DNA of 64,000 nucleotides, from assembly GCF_009914755.1 (NCBI RefSeq), contig NC_060934.1; one strand, given 5' to 3'. This document shows, in pieces, positions 46,572-59,271 of the stretch. Positions within the stretch are counted from its first letter, which is position 1. Each line of letters starts with the position of its first letter. The translations under genes and the position numbers were made by a program. Origin of the DNA: the human T2T-CHM13v2.0 reference genome, Homo sapiens. Below the pieces are notes generated by a model. That model ran no database searches. It worked only from the letters and a program-made list of their open reading frames with translations, and was not told the DNA's origin.

Positions 46572-47992
46572 TCATGTACCTTTTTTAATGGTGAGAACAC
46601 TTAAAATCTACTTTCTTAGCAATCTTGACGTATGCAACACATTTTTATTTACTATGTCACCATGATCTCTTGAACTTATTGCTTCCGTCTAACTGGAATT
46701 TTCTATCCTTTTGACCATCTCCCAGTCTTCCTTCTTCCCCTTACTCTCAATCCCACTAAAAAATTCTAATTACTTTTCATTCTGTACCTTCTGGGGACTT
46801 TTGAGATAATCTTTTTAGGTCAGGGCCATGGGATCTTTTTATTTTTAGTTTCTTCATCTCTGATGCTGTATTCCGTTCTTTTTACCCTGTACCATTTTTT
46901 CTCACAACTTCCACAAAATTAGTTTATTCTTTTATCCTCCACCTAGTCACATTACTATACTTCTGGACAGCTGGTCCAGTTTGCTGATTTTTAGACTTCT
47001 TTTTACCTCATTAATTACTTCATCAAATAAGGAAGCATTTCTGAATCTGTACAGCTTTAACAGTTAGAAATAGTTGAATAACAAGAAGCTAAAATATCCA
47101 ATATTAGATTATAGTCATTTGATGAACTATTATAACATTAAAAATATGTTTAGAAAGAATTGTTAATAATGTAGAAAGTGCTATCAGTGAGGAGGATACA
47201 GTTATTTTACATTATACAGAATCTCAGGTATGTATTACAGTGTGTAGAACATAGGGCTAGAAGGAAATACTCCAAAATTTAAACAAAAAGTAACCACAAA
47301 CAAGTGGTTTCAGTCTCTTTGTCTTCTTATTCAGTCTGTGTCTTAGTTACCTGGTTTTGTCCCAGGTGTTTACAGAATGTGGACTCTAGGGAGAGTTAGA
47401 AAGAGAGGGATGCAGCTGAAGCAAAAACAGCTAGCAGAGATGCAAGGCATGATGTGATAGATACAAAAAGGGGGTGCAGACACATCCCGTGGTTGTTGAG
47501 TGAAGAGGGAGCTCCTTCTGGCCAGGAAAGTGGGAATTTCCAGATCTCCTAGGAATGCAGTAGAAGTTCATATTCAGTTCACACCTTGGATAAAAGCCAG
47601 GCTTAGATTCTTATAGACTCAAACAGAAAATTCCTGTGGTGCATTTGAAGCAGTATAGAATCCTGGGAATCCTGGACTGAAAATACAAAGACTTCAGTTA
47701 AATCTTTGCTCTATCACTGATTTTATCTGTGGCCTTGAGCAAGTTTTGATGCTTTGATCTTGCATTGCCTTTTATGTCACTCGTAGATGGTATATAATGC
47801 CTTCTGTGCCAGCCTCAGAATGCTGTTGTCAGAGTCAGTCGAGATACATTGATTGTGAATGCATCAGAAGGTCTATTAGTCTATTTAGATGCCATGTATT
47901 TATGATTATTATGATCGACAGGATTTGTATTCCCTATTTGTTCTATGTACTGCCTGACAGAGTGGACTCTGGCATCTGTGATTTTTCAAACT

Positions 47993-48124
47993 TTTTTTTC
48001 TTTTTGTTGAGACAGGGTCTCACTGTGTTGCCCAGGCTGGTCTCACCCTCCTGTGCTCAAGCAGTCCTCCCACCTCGGCCTCCCACAGTGCTGGGATTAG
48101 AGGTGTGAGCCACTGTGCCTGGCC
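47993..48124 (-). mobile_element. FLAM_C-like monomer
   Basis: Single Alu left arm. Confidence 0.85.
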
Positions 48125-48299
48125 AGCATCCACAATTTTGAGGGCATTTGTAGGTCCAGAAAATGTTAGAATCTGTGTTGGATGAGAGGCTGGACATAGA
48201 TCCAAGAAAAACAAAACTAAAAACAGGCTGCCCATTAGTCTTGGGGGAAGGAAGAGAAATGTTGAACATCTAGAAACCTTAGGAAGGTCAAGAATTCTG

Positions 48300-48830
48300 G
48301 AACACGTATATCATTTGACCTAGTAGTTCTGCTTCTGGGAGTTTATCCTGTAGGTGTACTTGTAGTTTATCCTGTAGGTGTGCAGTATGGTGTGTGTTAC
48401 AAGGTTATTTCAGCATGATTTGTAATAGCAAATATTAGAAGCAACCTATATATCCATCATTAAGGGGCAGGTTAAATAAATTTTGGCACATCCATAAAAT
48501 GGAATACTCTGCAGCTATAAAAATGAATGAGGATGCACTGATCTTTAAGATAATACTCCTAAGTGGAAAAACAAGGTCTACTACAGTGCTAGAGTGTGCT
48601 ACTTTTTGTGCAAAAAAAGGGAGACAAATAAGAATATAGCTTTACTGTTGCACGTGTATGCATAAGGAAACTCAGGGGGGTAGCATGAGGGTTGGGGGGA
48701 TACGTTTGAGAGAGGGAAGCTTCACTGCTTTACTGTGTGTGTTATGTGTTTGTATTTTTAAAATTTTGAACCATGTAAATATAGTACTTATTCACAAACT
48801 TAAATTTAAAAGTTTTTTTAAAATTTTTTA
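48300..48830 (+). mobile_element. Old L1ME 3' fragment
   Basis: catttgacctagtagttctgcttctgggagtttatcc...aatggaatactctgcagct. Confidence 0.72.
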
Positions 48831-48930
48831 AACGAAAGAAACTCTTTGCAATTGGAAGGCAAGTGAGGTGGAAGACACATTGAATGGTTGCTATATGCCA
48901 GGTCATATCCATGGAAATTTATTTGAATAA

Positions 48931-49056
<126 letters not shown>

Positions 49057-49094
49057 TGATAATCATACCTCTTTCTTTCTATTTACTAAACCTA

Positions 49095-49336
49095 ATATTC
49101 TCAAAGTGGAGGGGTGATTTTGTCTCTTACCTCCAGGGGACACTTGGCAGCATTTGGAGACATTTTTGGTGGTCACAGCTTGGATGGAGGGGTGCTCTTG
49201 GCATGTAATGGATCGTGTCCAGAAATGCTGCTAAACACTATAAACATCCTACAGTGTACAGGGCAGCCCCCCCCCACCCACCAAACACAGAATTATCTGG
49301 CTGGAAATGTCAAAATGGCCAAGGTTGAGAACCCTG
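49095..49336. mobile_element. MER20
   Basis: ttctcaaagt...cagggga cacttggcagcatttggagacatttttggt...ccaaggttgagaaccctg. Confidence 0.82.
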
Positions 49337-49501
49337 ACTTAACCCTTTCTCCAACGTAACTGGCCAAAGGAGAGATGAGAAGCCTGTTAAGGAAGTAAGA
49401 ATTTGAGAAAACCTGACTGTATTGTTAGGTGCTTTGGAACAACATGCAGCTGGCTGACTTTAGGTATTTATCTAGGAGTTGGGTGCTTACATGGTTTAGG
49501 T

Positions 49502-49712
49502 CAGGGGTCGGCAAATGTTTTCTATAAAGGGCTAGATATGAAACATTTTGGGCTCTGTAGGCCATATCATTTCTGTTGCAACTCCTCACCTCTGCCCTTG
49601 CAGAGGGACAGCAGCAAGAGGTTCAGGAATGAGCCTGGCTATATTCCAGTGAAACTTTCTTTACGAATTCAGGTAGGCCTTTGTTGGTTCCTGGCTGTAG
49701 TTTGCTGATCCC
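49502..49712. mobile_element. MER58A
   Basis: caggggtcggcaaatgttttctataaagggc...gtagtttgctgatccc. Confidence 0.82.
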
Positions 49713-50506
49713 AAGTTGCACAGCGCTGTCTCTTGCTGTTTGCAATTTTCTGTATTGTAGTATGTCCCCTTTGTTATGTCCTCTTGGCCCTCATCCATGT
49801 TGAGGATAAGGTAGTCACCTCTGTGCGTCTCCCACAGGTTATCCCAGATGAAGATAAACAGGGCAGGCCACTTGGCAAGCTCTAAGGAAGGCATATGAGT
49901 CCTTGGAATCTTCATCTCCTCCAGTGCCCTCCCCTGACCCCCCTTTGGTCTTTCCCAACTTTACCTGCCTTTAAGTTTTCTTCTACTTTTGGCTTTCAGT
50001 TCCCTTTCCTGGCTATACCAGGGTTTGTTTGCCAACCCCTGACCTAAAGTTGGCCAGTTATCTTTAACCTTTGGCTGAAATCCATTCAGATCGCTGTGCT
50101 AACTCTCCCAGAGATAGGTATCTTCAGGTTCATTTCCTGTAGGAGAGTGGGAGCAATAACAGGTGGTGAAGGGAAATGTGAGCATATAGGCTTCTGTTTG
50201 CTCTCCAAATTATATTAATCCCTAAAAGTAAATCTAGTCCTTACAGAGTATAAGGGGTGGGGACAGGGAAGGTATTGTAGAAGATGGACTGTAGCACAAA
50301 GGAGATTAGGATTTCCCCTTATCTCCTGAATTTTTTTTTCTTCTTTTCGTTCAGTTTTCAGACTTTGAGACAAATAAATGCTAGGGTTCCAGAACCCACT
50401 CTTAAACTTAGAAAGTAACAGAATTGGAAGATCCTTAGCTTGCCAAGGACTATCCAATCACTCTCCATTTTTCAGAAACAGATTCTGAGGCTTAGATACA
50501 AAAAGT

Positions 50507-50561
50507 TACATGTGTGTATGTGTGTGTGTGTGTGTGTGCGCGCGCGCGCGTGTGTGTATAC
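50507..50561. repeat. Alternating purine-pyrimidine tract (TG)n(CG)6(TG)n
   Basis: Direct reading. Confidence 0.95.
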
Positions 50562-51980
50562 CTCTGTCATTTATTCACTTAACACATGCTTATTGAGCCA
50601 CCTGCTCAGTGTCAAGTACTTTTCTGGGTGCTGGGGATATGGTGGTGAACAAGACCAAATCCTTCCTCTCATGGAACTTACATTTTAATAGGAAAGACAG
50701 AAAATAAAGAAGTAAACAAATATGTGGAATTTTATTTTGAAATAAATGCTTTGAAGAAATTAAAATTGGGTAACGTAATACAGGCTTTGAGGCAAGAATT
50801 GGGGGTAAGGAAGTACTTGTGCTTTCTAATATACCTCTCTGTCACTTTTTGTCTGTTTTATGGCAATAGCATACTCTATGTATGGAAGCTCAGCTTTCAT
50901 AGCCTGTTCTGTTGCATGAGTCGCCATTTATGTGAATTAATTTTTTAATTTACAACTTAAAAAATGTCTTCACATGCATAGCATGCCCAGGCATTGCCCA
51001 GGAGTGTAGCCTCTGCTCCCTGCCAGTGTGGGCCTCTTAGACTATTGCAGACATGCTCGAAAGGAGTGGCTTTCCCTGTGGTTTCACTGAGGGCCATATC
51101 TAAGAAGATCTTCTTGTATTCTAATTATCCTTGGCTAGAGATGAGAAAATCTTAGTGTGGAGTGAGTTCTGGCGTTCTTTAACAAATATATTGCTGAAAC
51201 AATAGCACTGTGACAAATCGTGACATGTAGCTTCTCTCCCCAAACCTACTACCCAAGAGCCTTTTGCTATAAGCAGCAGCCCCTGCCCTTCTGCCTCCTT
51301 ACTCTGCTATTTTTTTTCCCTCAGCACTTTTTGTTACCTGTCTTACTATTTTCTGTCTCTCCTGCTGAAAATAAACTTCATGAGGACAGGAGGTTTTTTT
51401 TCCTGTGTGCTCCATTGCCTAAGTTTGTTTTGTTCACTATGTGTCCCTGGCCTGCATATTTGTGAATATGCAGTGAATATGAATGTGAATATGTAAGTGA
51501 ATAAAAGAAAACAGCTCAGAAGCTGTGGCTTTGAGGATGGAAAAGAAGGGAACCATAGTTGATAAACTACCTAGCAGAAAGGACCTTAGTTCCTTTTAAT
51601 ATTTTGGGGTCAGACAGTGCAAGCTGTCGACAGCAGCTTAAGGAGATACATTAGAGTCTTCCTGGCAGTTCTTAGAATGCCTTGTGCTAGTGTTGAATGG
51701 GACCTCCAAATTCCTAGTGTGCTGCGTGTATGTCTGTTGAAGGAGCTCATCACTTGCACAAGGACCAGAATCACTTTTACTGCAGCATGGCCAGTTTTCT
51801 GGCCACTGTTCCTAGTTATACCTTTGATTCTTTTACACACACACTGTAGCTGCTGCCAAGGCAGGATCAAAGTCCAAATACTGCCCTCAAGGATGTGCTG
51901 ACTTTAGCAATGCCAACCAAGTGAAGCAGCAGTGATGTCAATGTGGCAGAGAAAAGGGTTATGGGGAAATTGGGTGCAAC

Positions 51981-52284
<304 letters not shown>

Positions 52285-52409
52285 GAGTGCATCTTGACCT
52301 TTAGAGAGAAGCTTCGCTTTTCAAATTTTTAAGAGGCTATTGTACATGCCAGAAAGTAGCTGATCAGTCAGAATATCACCATATATCTTTAGGAAAAATG
52401 TTAGTTTAG

Positions 52410-52742
<333 letters not shown>

Positions 52743-53767
52743 TAAGAATAACTCATCATTGGTTAATACATGTTTAGGAGGGCCTACTCTCTGTTTCACA
52801 GGTTGAATTTCCTATTTTTAAAATTATGTTTAGATTCATCCTTCATCCATAAAGCAAGCAAATCTCAGAGACAGTGGAACTTGGCTTTTATTTCCTTTTG
52901 TAAGCATGAATAAAACAAATATATTTGTGTTTAAGAAGAGAGAATATAAGATATGTAATACAAATGAAATACAGATCCATGTAAAAATGTGAAATCTGCA
53001 TAAAGGCACAAAAGAAAATAAGTCACTATAATTCCACTATCAAAGATAAACAGATGGTGTCTATCTTTATGCATGTAGCTATAGGTAGAGCTGTCTATAT
53101 AGTTTACATCTATCTATATATGTATATCTGTCTGTTTCTGAGAATGCTAATAGTGTTTGTCTGTGTGTATACACATGTATGCATGAGCACATATGGGATG
53201 GATAAATAGACCAAATAGCTTGGTGCTTAAGAGCGTAACCCTGGAACCAGCCTGGATTCATATCTTGGTTTGCCACTTAAAGTATGCCTTTGGCGAGTTA
53301 CTTCTGTATGTCACAGTTCCTGTATCTCTACAATGGGGATAGTAATAGTAGTACAGTACTTACCTGAAAAGATGATTATGGGGATTAAATGAGATCATAC
53401 ATGTATAAATGTTTTATAGTGCCTGGCATATAGTAAGGATTCAGTAAATGTTAAACATTATTGCTATTATTAACTCAAACAGATTTATGTTTGTTACTGA
53501 TTAAGATCATATTACAAGTACTTTTTAAAAAGAAGCTTTTTAGTTTGATATATTTACAGAAAAGTAGCAAAGATGATAGAGATTTCCCTATACCCAGCTT
53601 CTCCTGATGTTAACATCCTCTATAACCATGGTACGTTTATCAAAACTAAAAAATTAACATTGGTACAGTGCTATTAACTACACTACAAATTCTATTTCTA
53701 GTTCATCAGGGTTTTTTTTTGTTTTGCTATGTTTTGTTTTAAACTAATGTTCTTTTTTCTATTCTAG

Positions 53768-54107
<340 letters not shown>

Positions 54108-55424
54108 TGACAAATACCCTTACAATTTCTAAGTGACATGTGTTGAGGTCTTGACATTGAATAGTACAAAATTTGATATAGTCTAGGATGTAGATGAATA
54201 AAGCAGTGGTTAGCACTCTAAAACCTGGTGTTAAAGATTTCCATGATTATGAGACCTGGTTGCCGCCATCATATTGCCTTCTCTTTAATGTTTAAGTCAC
54301 TGTCCATTGCTGTATTCTCTAGCATCAGTAAAAGAACAGGAAATGAAACCAGTTATCTTATTTTTGAAAGGCTGGTGACCACTGGTCTGAAGCTGTGTAT
54401 AGTACAGAGCAGTGTCCTCTAAGGAAAGAGTGAAAGTCAAACGGGCAGCAAGCCAGAGCTTGGCAGATTGCTGTAAGAATGAGTTTGTCTGTATATTTAC
54501 CACTTAGTTTTCTGTTCTCAAGAGCTGAAGATCTTTGCTTTGGAGAGCCCTTGGCTCCATGCAGTTTTTAGTTGGTGTGTTTCCGTAATAGCTTTCTCAC
54601 TACCCACTTTCAATAGGGCACAGCTGCATTGTAGCACAAGGACCTGAGACACCCATATCAACAAATTTGTGGGTAAAATGAAGAATGTCTCGGGGAGAGA
54701 GGAAAGTGGAAAGTCAGATCTTATATTCTACTCAGGAACTTTACTTTTCTTTCCACACTGGGATAAAGGAGGTTTATCCCAATGTTGACTGTGTTCCTGA
54801 TCTTGAATATGCTACAGCGTGTGCTGCTGGAAGCAGGTAACTAGTTTTATGTGGGTTTCCAGGCTTGGCTTAAGGGAGCCGGCGTCTGAGACCGGGGTGC
54901 TCATGGTTTATACCTCATTGTGGTTTGTTTGCTGGTTTCATCTCTGATGATAGTGTGCTGAAATTTCACACTTTTCATTTTGCTTTCTTCTGCCAACTCT
55001 GCTCATAATAGTTCTCAAAATTCCTAGGACTGGATAGGAAAGGAGAGAAGAAGGAAGCTATTGCAGAAAAAGGCCACTCCAAAGCCATATAGAGAACAAA
55101 AAATAAGTATAGACAAAGGCAAATGTTCCTGCTGTTAGAAGGCAGTTGAGGATGAGGACAACATTATTATCAGATTGCCTTTATTGTAGCTAAATGCTAT
55201 TAATATCTTTTTCACATTGCTGATAATAATGATTTTTCATCTTTATTTTATTGTGCTAACTCTATTGAACTTTTTTCTTGATTTGCTATAAGAATGCTGT
55301 TGGGTTTCCTCTCAACATTTTTTTCTTTTGTATCCAGAGGAGTTTCTTCCTGTTTCTTCTTTATCAGAACCTGTCTTCCCAGAGATTCTTGCTTACTGAC
55401 CAGTGACCTTACCTTTCTCTGCAG

Positions 55425-55501
55425 ACGCCTTCTGGCAAGAGGGGAGAGCCTCTGGAACAGTGTACAGTGGGGAGGAGAAGCTCACTGAGCTCCTTGTGAA
55501 G
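55425..55501 (+). CDS. SGPL1: SGPL1 exon 6, (D)[25 protein letters not shown]
   Basis: Contained in ORF 55403..55585; acceptor tttctctgcag|, donor AAG|gtgagt; 77 nt; SGTVY motif of the S1P-lyase family. Confidence 0.97.
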
Positions 55502-55936
55502 GTGAGTGTCCAGTTCTTGAGGGAAGCCTGTGAGGTCTGTGCCAGTTTACATGACCTCCTTTTTTTCCCTTACTTTTGTAATTAGAAAAATTACTTAAGG
55601 AAAGCTTATTGGTACAATAAAACCATAAAAGTTTCTCTTCACCCAAACATAGGCGAATATGTATAATATTATCAAAGACATCTTCAGTCTGTAAAATAGT
55701 AAAATGTTATTTATGTTTTCAGTCTTTGCAGATGTCCTGTCTAGAAGGCAGATTACTAGGGAAGGTAGTCCTGTCAGATGAGATTTTTGTGGTGAGACAG
55801 ATTTTGTTTGATAAGAAGAGATAAGATAGGGAAACTCTTTCATAATTTTCTCAAATCATGTGACCCAAGATGAGCAGTGGTCTCATGTATACTTCAAATA
55901 ATTCTCATTCTTAGCTTCTTCCATTTCTAATCAAAT

Positions 55937-56248
55937 TTATTTTTATTTTATTTTATTATTTTTACAGACAAAGTCTCACTCTGTCACACAGGCTGGAGTG
56001 GAGTGGTGTAATCATGGCTCACTTCAGCCTTGACCTCTTTGGCTCAAGTGATCCTCCCACCTCAGCCTCCTGAGTAGTTGGGACTACAGGCGTGCATCAT
56101 GACACCCAGCTAATTTTTGTATTTTTTTGTTGGAGATGGGGTCTCACTCTGTTGCCCAGGTTGGTCTTCAACTCCCAGCCTCAAGTGATCCTCCTGCCTT
56201 GGCCTCTGAAAGTGTTGAGATTACAGCTGTGAACCACTGCACTCGGCC
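55937..56248 (-). mobile_element. Alu (J-type)
   Basis: Full Alu consensus motifs. Confidence 0.92.
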
Positions 56249-57181
56249 CTCATATTTATTTTTGAAACTCCACTTCATCATATAAAATTGGGGTTGTACT
56301 GATGATCTCTAAGGTCTTTGTGTTTGATTATTATAAATATGAAACTGTCCCTTACTAAATAAATATGGCAGGTTTTGCATAAGTTGGTGTAATGCTCTGA
56401 TCTTCTGTGCTTAAAATCTTTCAGTAGCTTCCCATTATCTACAGGATGAAACTCAGGTTCTTATGCAGCAGAGAATACAAGTTTCTTCATGAGCCAGCTC
56501 CCACTTATTTTTTCTTAACTACTTCTCTTTATTTCCCACATAAACACTAATCCTGCCTTTTCTCTTTACTAAATGTGTCATGCTTTTACGTTGTTTTCCT
56601 TCCCTTCCATCATTCCTCTTGTTCCAAATGATGATTCCTACTCATCTCTCAAAGTTCCACTCAGCAGACACCTCTAGATCACTCAGGATGTTAGTTGTTC
56701 CCTCTTCAGGGTCCCTTAGCACTCTGTACACACACCTGATATTGCAGTCGATAACAACAGCTGCTTTGTGCCAGACACTCTACTAAGTGCTTCACATGCA
56801 TTATGTTATTTAATTATTGCTAGAACACTAGAAGATAGCTACCATAACAACTTCTGCGTATGAAGAAACAACCTTAGATTATGTGACCTACACAGCTGAA
56901 AGTAATAGGCAAAGCTTAGACTTCCTCCTGGGTCGGTTTGGTGTTATAGTCTGCGCTTTTAACCATATTTATACTTCTTTCCTCATCACATTGTAAAATT
57001 ATTTATTTACATGTCTGTCTCCTCTGCTATGTTTTGATCTTTTGGTTGAGGAATATATCTTATCTTTTTTTCCAGTTTATATTGTTGTGCCTAATACTTA
57101 GAAACTGTTGTTTAGTGCATGATTCTTTGTCCTGTATAGTGTAATAGTTTTGATTTCACATCTGCTTGCATTTTTTTGCAG

Positions 57182-57310
57182 GCTTATGGAGATTTTGCAT
57201 GGAGTAACCCCCTGCATCCAGATATCTTCCCAGGACTACGCAAGATAGAGGCAGAAATTGTGAGGATAGCTTGTTCCCTGTTCAATGGGGGACCAGATTC
57301 GTGTGGATGT
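57182..57310 (+). CDS. SGPL1: SGPL1 exon 7, [43 protein letters not shown]
   Basis: Contained in ORF 57176..57361; acceptor tttttttgcag|, donor TGT|gtaagt; 129 nt; NPLHPDIFP family motif. Confidence 0.98.
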
Positions 57311-57415
57311 GTAAGTATATGCAAGGGGCATCCAATAGCCTTATTTTTTAGGTTAAAATAGAAGAGTTTTTAATAAATATTAATTATATTTTAAAAAATA
57401 AAAAATATTAAAAAT

Positions 57416-57494
57416 ATTTTACTACACAAGAAATATTTGATCATTGTAGAAAGGTCATTTTACTACACAAGGAATATTTGATCATTGTAGAAAG
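57416..57494. repeat. 41-bp-period tandem duplication
   Basis: attttactacacaag(a/g)aatatttgatcattgtagaaag at 57416 and 57457. Confidence 0.93.
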
Positions 57495-59271
57495 ATCCTA
57501 ATTAACTGCAGTTTTAAATGTTACTTGTAATTTTGTAACCTAGACAATGTCAACATTTTGGTATATATTCTTCTAGATATTTTTATTTTCACCTTTTTAT
57601 TTTGAAAAACTTTGAACCTACATTGAGTTGCTAGGATGGCTTAAAGAACACCTTAGATTCACTAAATGTAAATATGTTGCCATATCTGCTCTCTACACTC
57701 TTTCCCTCCCTACCCGCTTCTTCCCTCATCCCCCACCTGCATACCTACCATTCCCCTATTTATCTGTGTATACTTTTGTTGTTCCATCCAGCAGTGTTTT
57801 TAGTGTACTTCTGGTTTTACCTGAGCCAAAGTTTAATTTATTATTTTGCTGTAAACTGAACCTCATTTAGTTGCTATTAGGCATAAAGAAAGGGGGAGGA
57901 CATCATTATATTTAAAGAAACACATGAGGATTCTTTGTTTTACCTGTTCTTTCAAGTAGATGGTTGTTAGTTTTCGTAAACTATGATAGATAAACTTCTG
58001 TTTAGATCTGTTGTCTTTAGAAAAAACGAAATCTCAGGTTATGTAGGATAGATAGATTTAACTCAATATGCTGCAATGGTGTCCTAGAGGTGCTAATCCT
58101 ATCAGATACTCATCATATTTGCAGTCATTATAAAGACTGCAGATTTAATTATTGAAGGGCCCATTCGAAGAGCACCTAATTTAGTTTCTTTTTTTTTTTC
58201 CAGGAAGCATTGTTTTTGTTTTGTTTTTCTAATATGTTGGCGCCATGAAAATCATCATGTTCAAATATTAGTAGTAATAAAGGTGATATGCCTGGCATTC
58301 ATTTTCAAAGCAAAATACTGAAACTGTTAAAAACAGAACCACCCATAATACAGCAGCAGTTTCCCTTAGAGTACTGAGGTGAACAGGGTGACTTTCAGAG
58401 GGAAGATGATAATGTACTTACAGTATATTCTCCTATGCCATTAGACTCTTGAAGAACTTGTAAGAGGCCAGAGTGAATAGCCACAGAACAGTTTGGCCTT
58501 ATCTGGTAAATTTGAAGATACATATATCTTATGACCCAGAAATTCTGCTACTAGGACATACTCTAGAAAAATTAGTACACATATATATCAGGATATATGG
58601 ACATTAATATTCATAGCAATGTTATTCATGATAGCTAAAAACTGGAAGTAATTCAAATGCCTATCCACAGGACACAGATGAATAAATTGTGGAATGCTGT
58701 GTGTGCCTCAATCCATTGTAGCTCTTATTCAGATTGATGTACAAATTGCCTCATCCATCTTTGGCCAGTGGAAACATCATATTGGCTCCTAGGTCCATTT
58801 ACATGACCCAAGTAATCTTTGAAAGCCTTTTTTCTCTTTCTTTCCTTTTTTTTTTTTTTTTGACGAAATATTCCAGGTTCAGGTTCACTTTGTCCATTTC
58901 CTGCTCCAGGCCTTCAATCAGCCATTTATCCAAGGAGCCCTGGTTCATTTAAAACTAGGTAAAATAATTACATAGTTCCAAAATCACATTTATGGAACAA
59001 GACAGATTAAAAAAAAAAAGTTAACCAGAATGCAGTCCAGAGAGACAAAGAAATAGAAGGTATGAAAGAGAGGCTAAGAGATGCAAAGGATAGGATGAGA
59101 AGGCTAACACACATCTAACTGGTGTTTGAGAGCAGCCAGAGAAAATAGATTACCTACAAAGGCATAACTGTTAGGACAACTGATACTCAATAGCAACGAT
59201 GGCTGGGGCAGTTGGGGGTAGATGAAAGATTGGCTGTAAATTGAAAATTGCTGGAGCCTGGTGATAAGTAG

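Noticed and set aside
48340-48381. 24-bp-period duplication agtttatcctgtaggtgt
   Set aside because: Small slippage event inside an old L1 fragment; no evident function.
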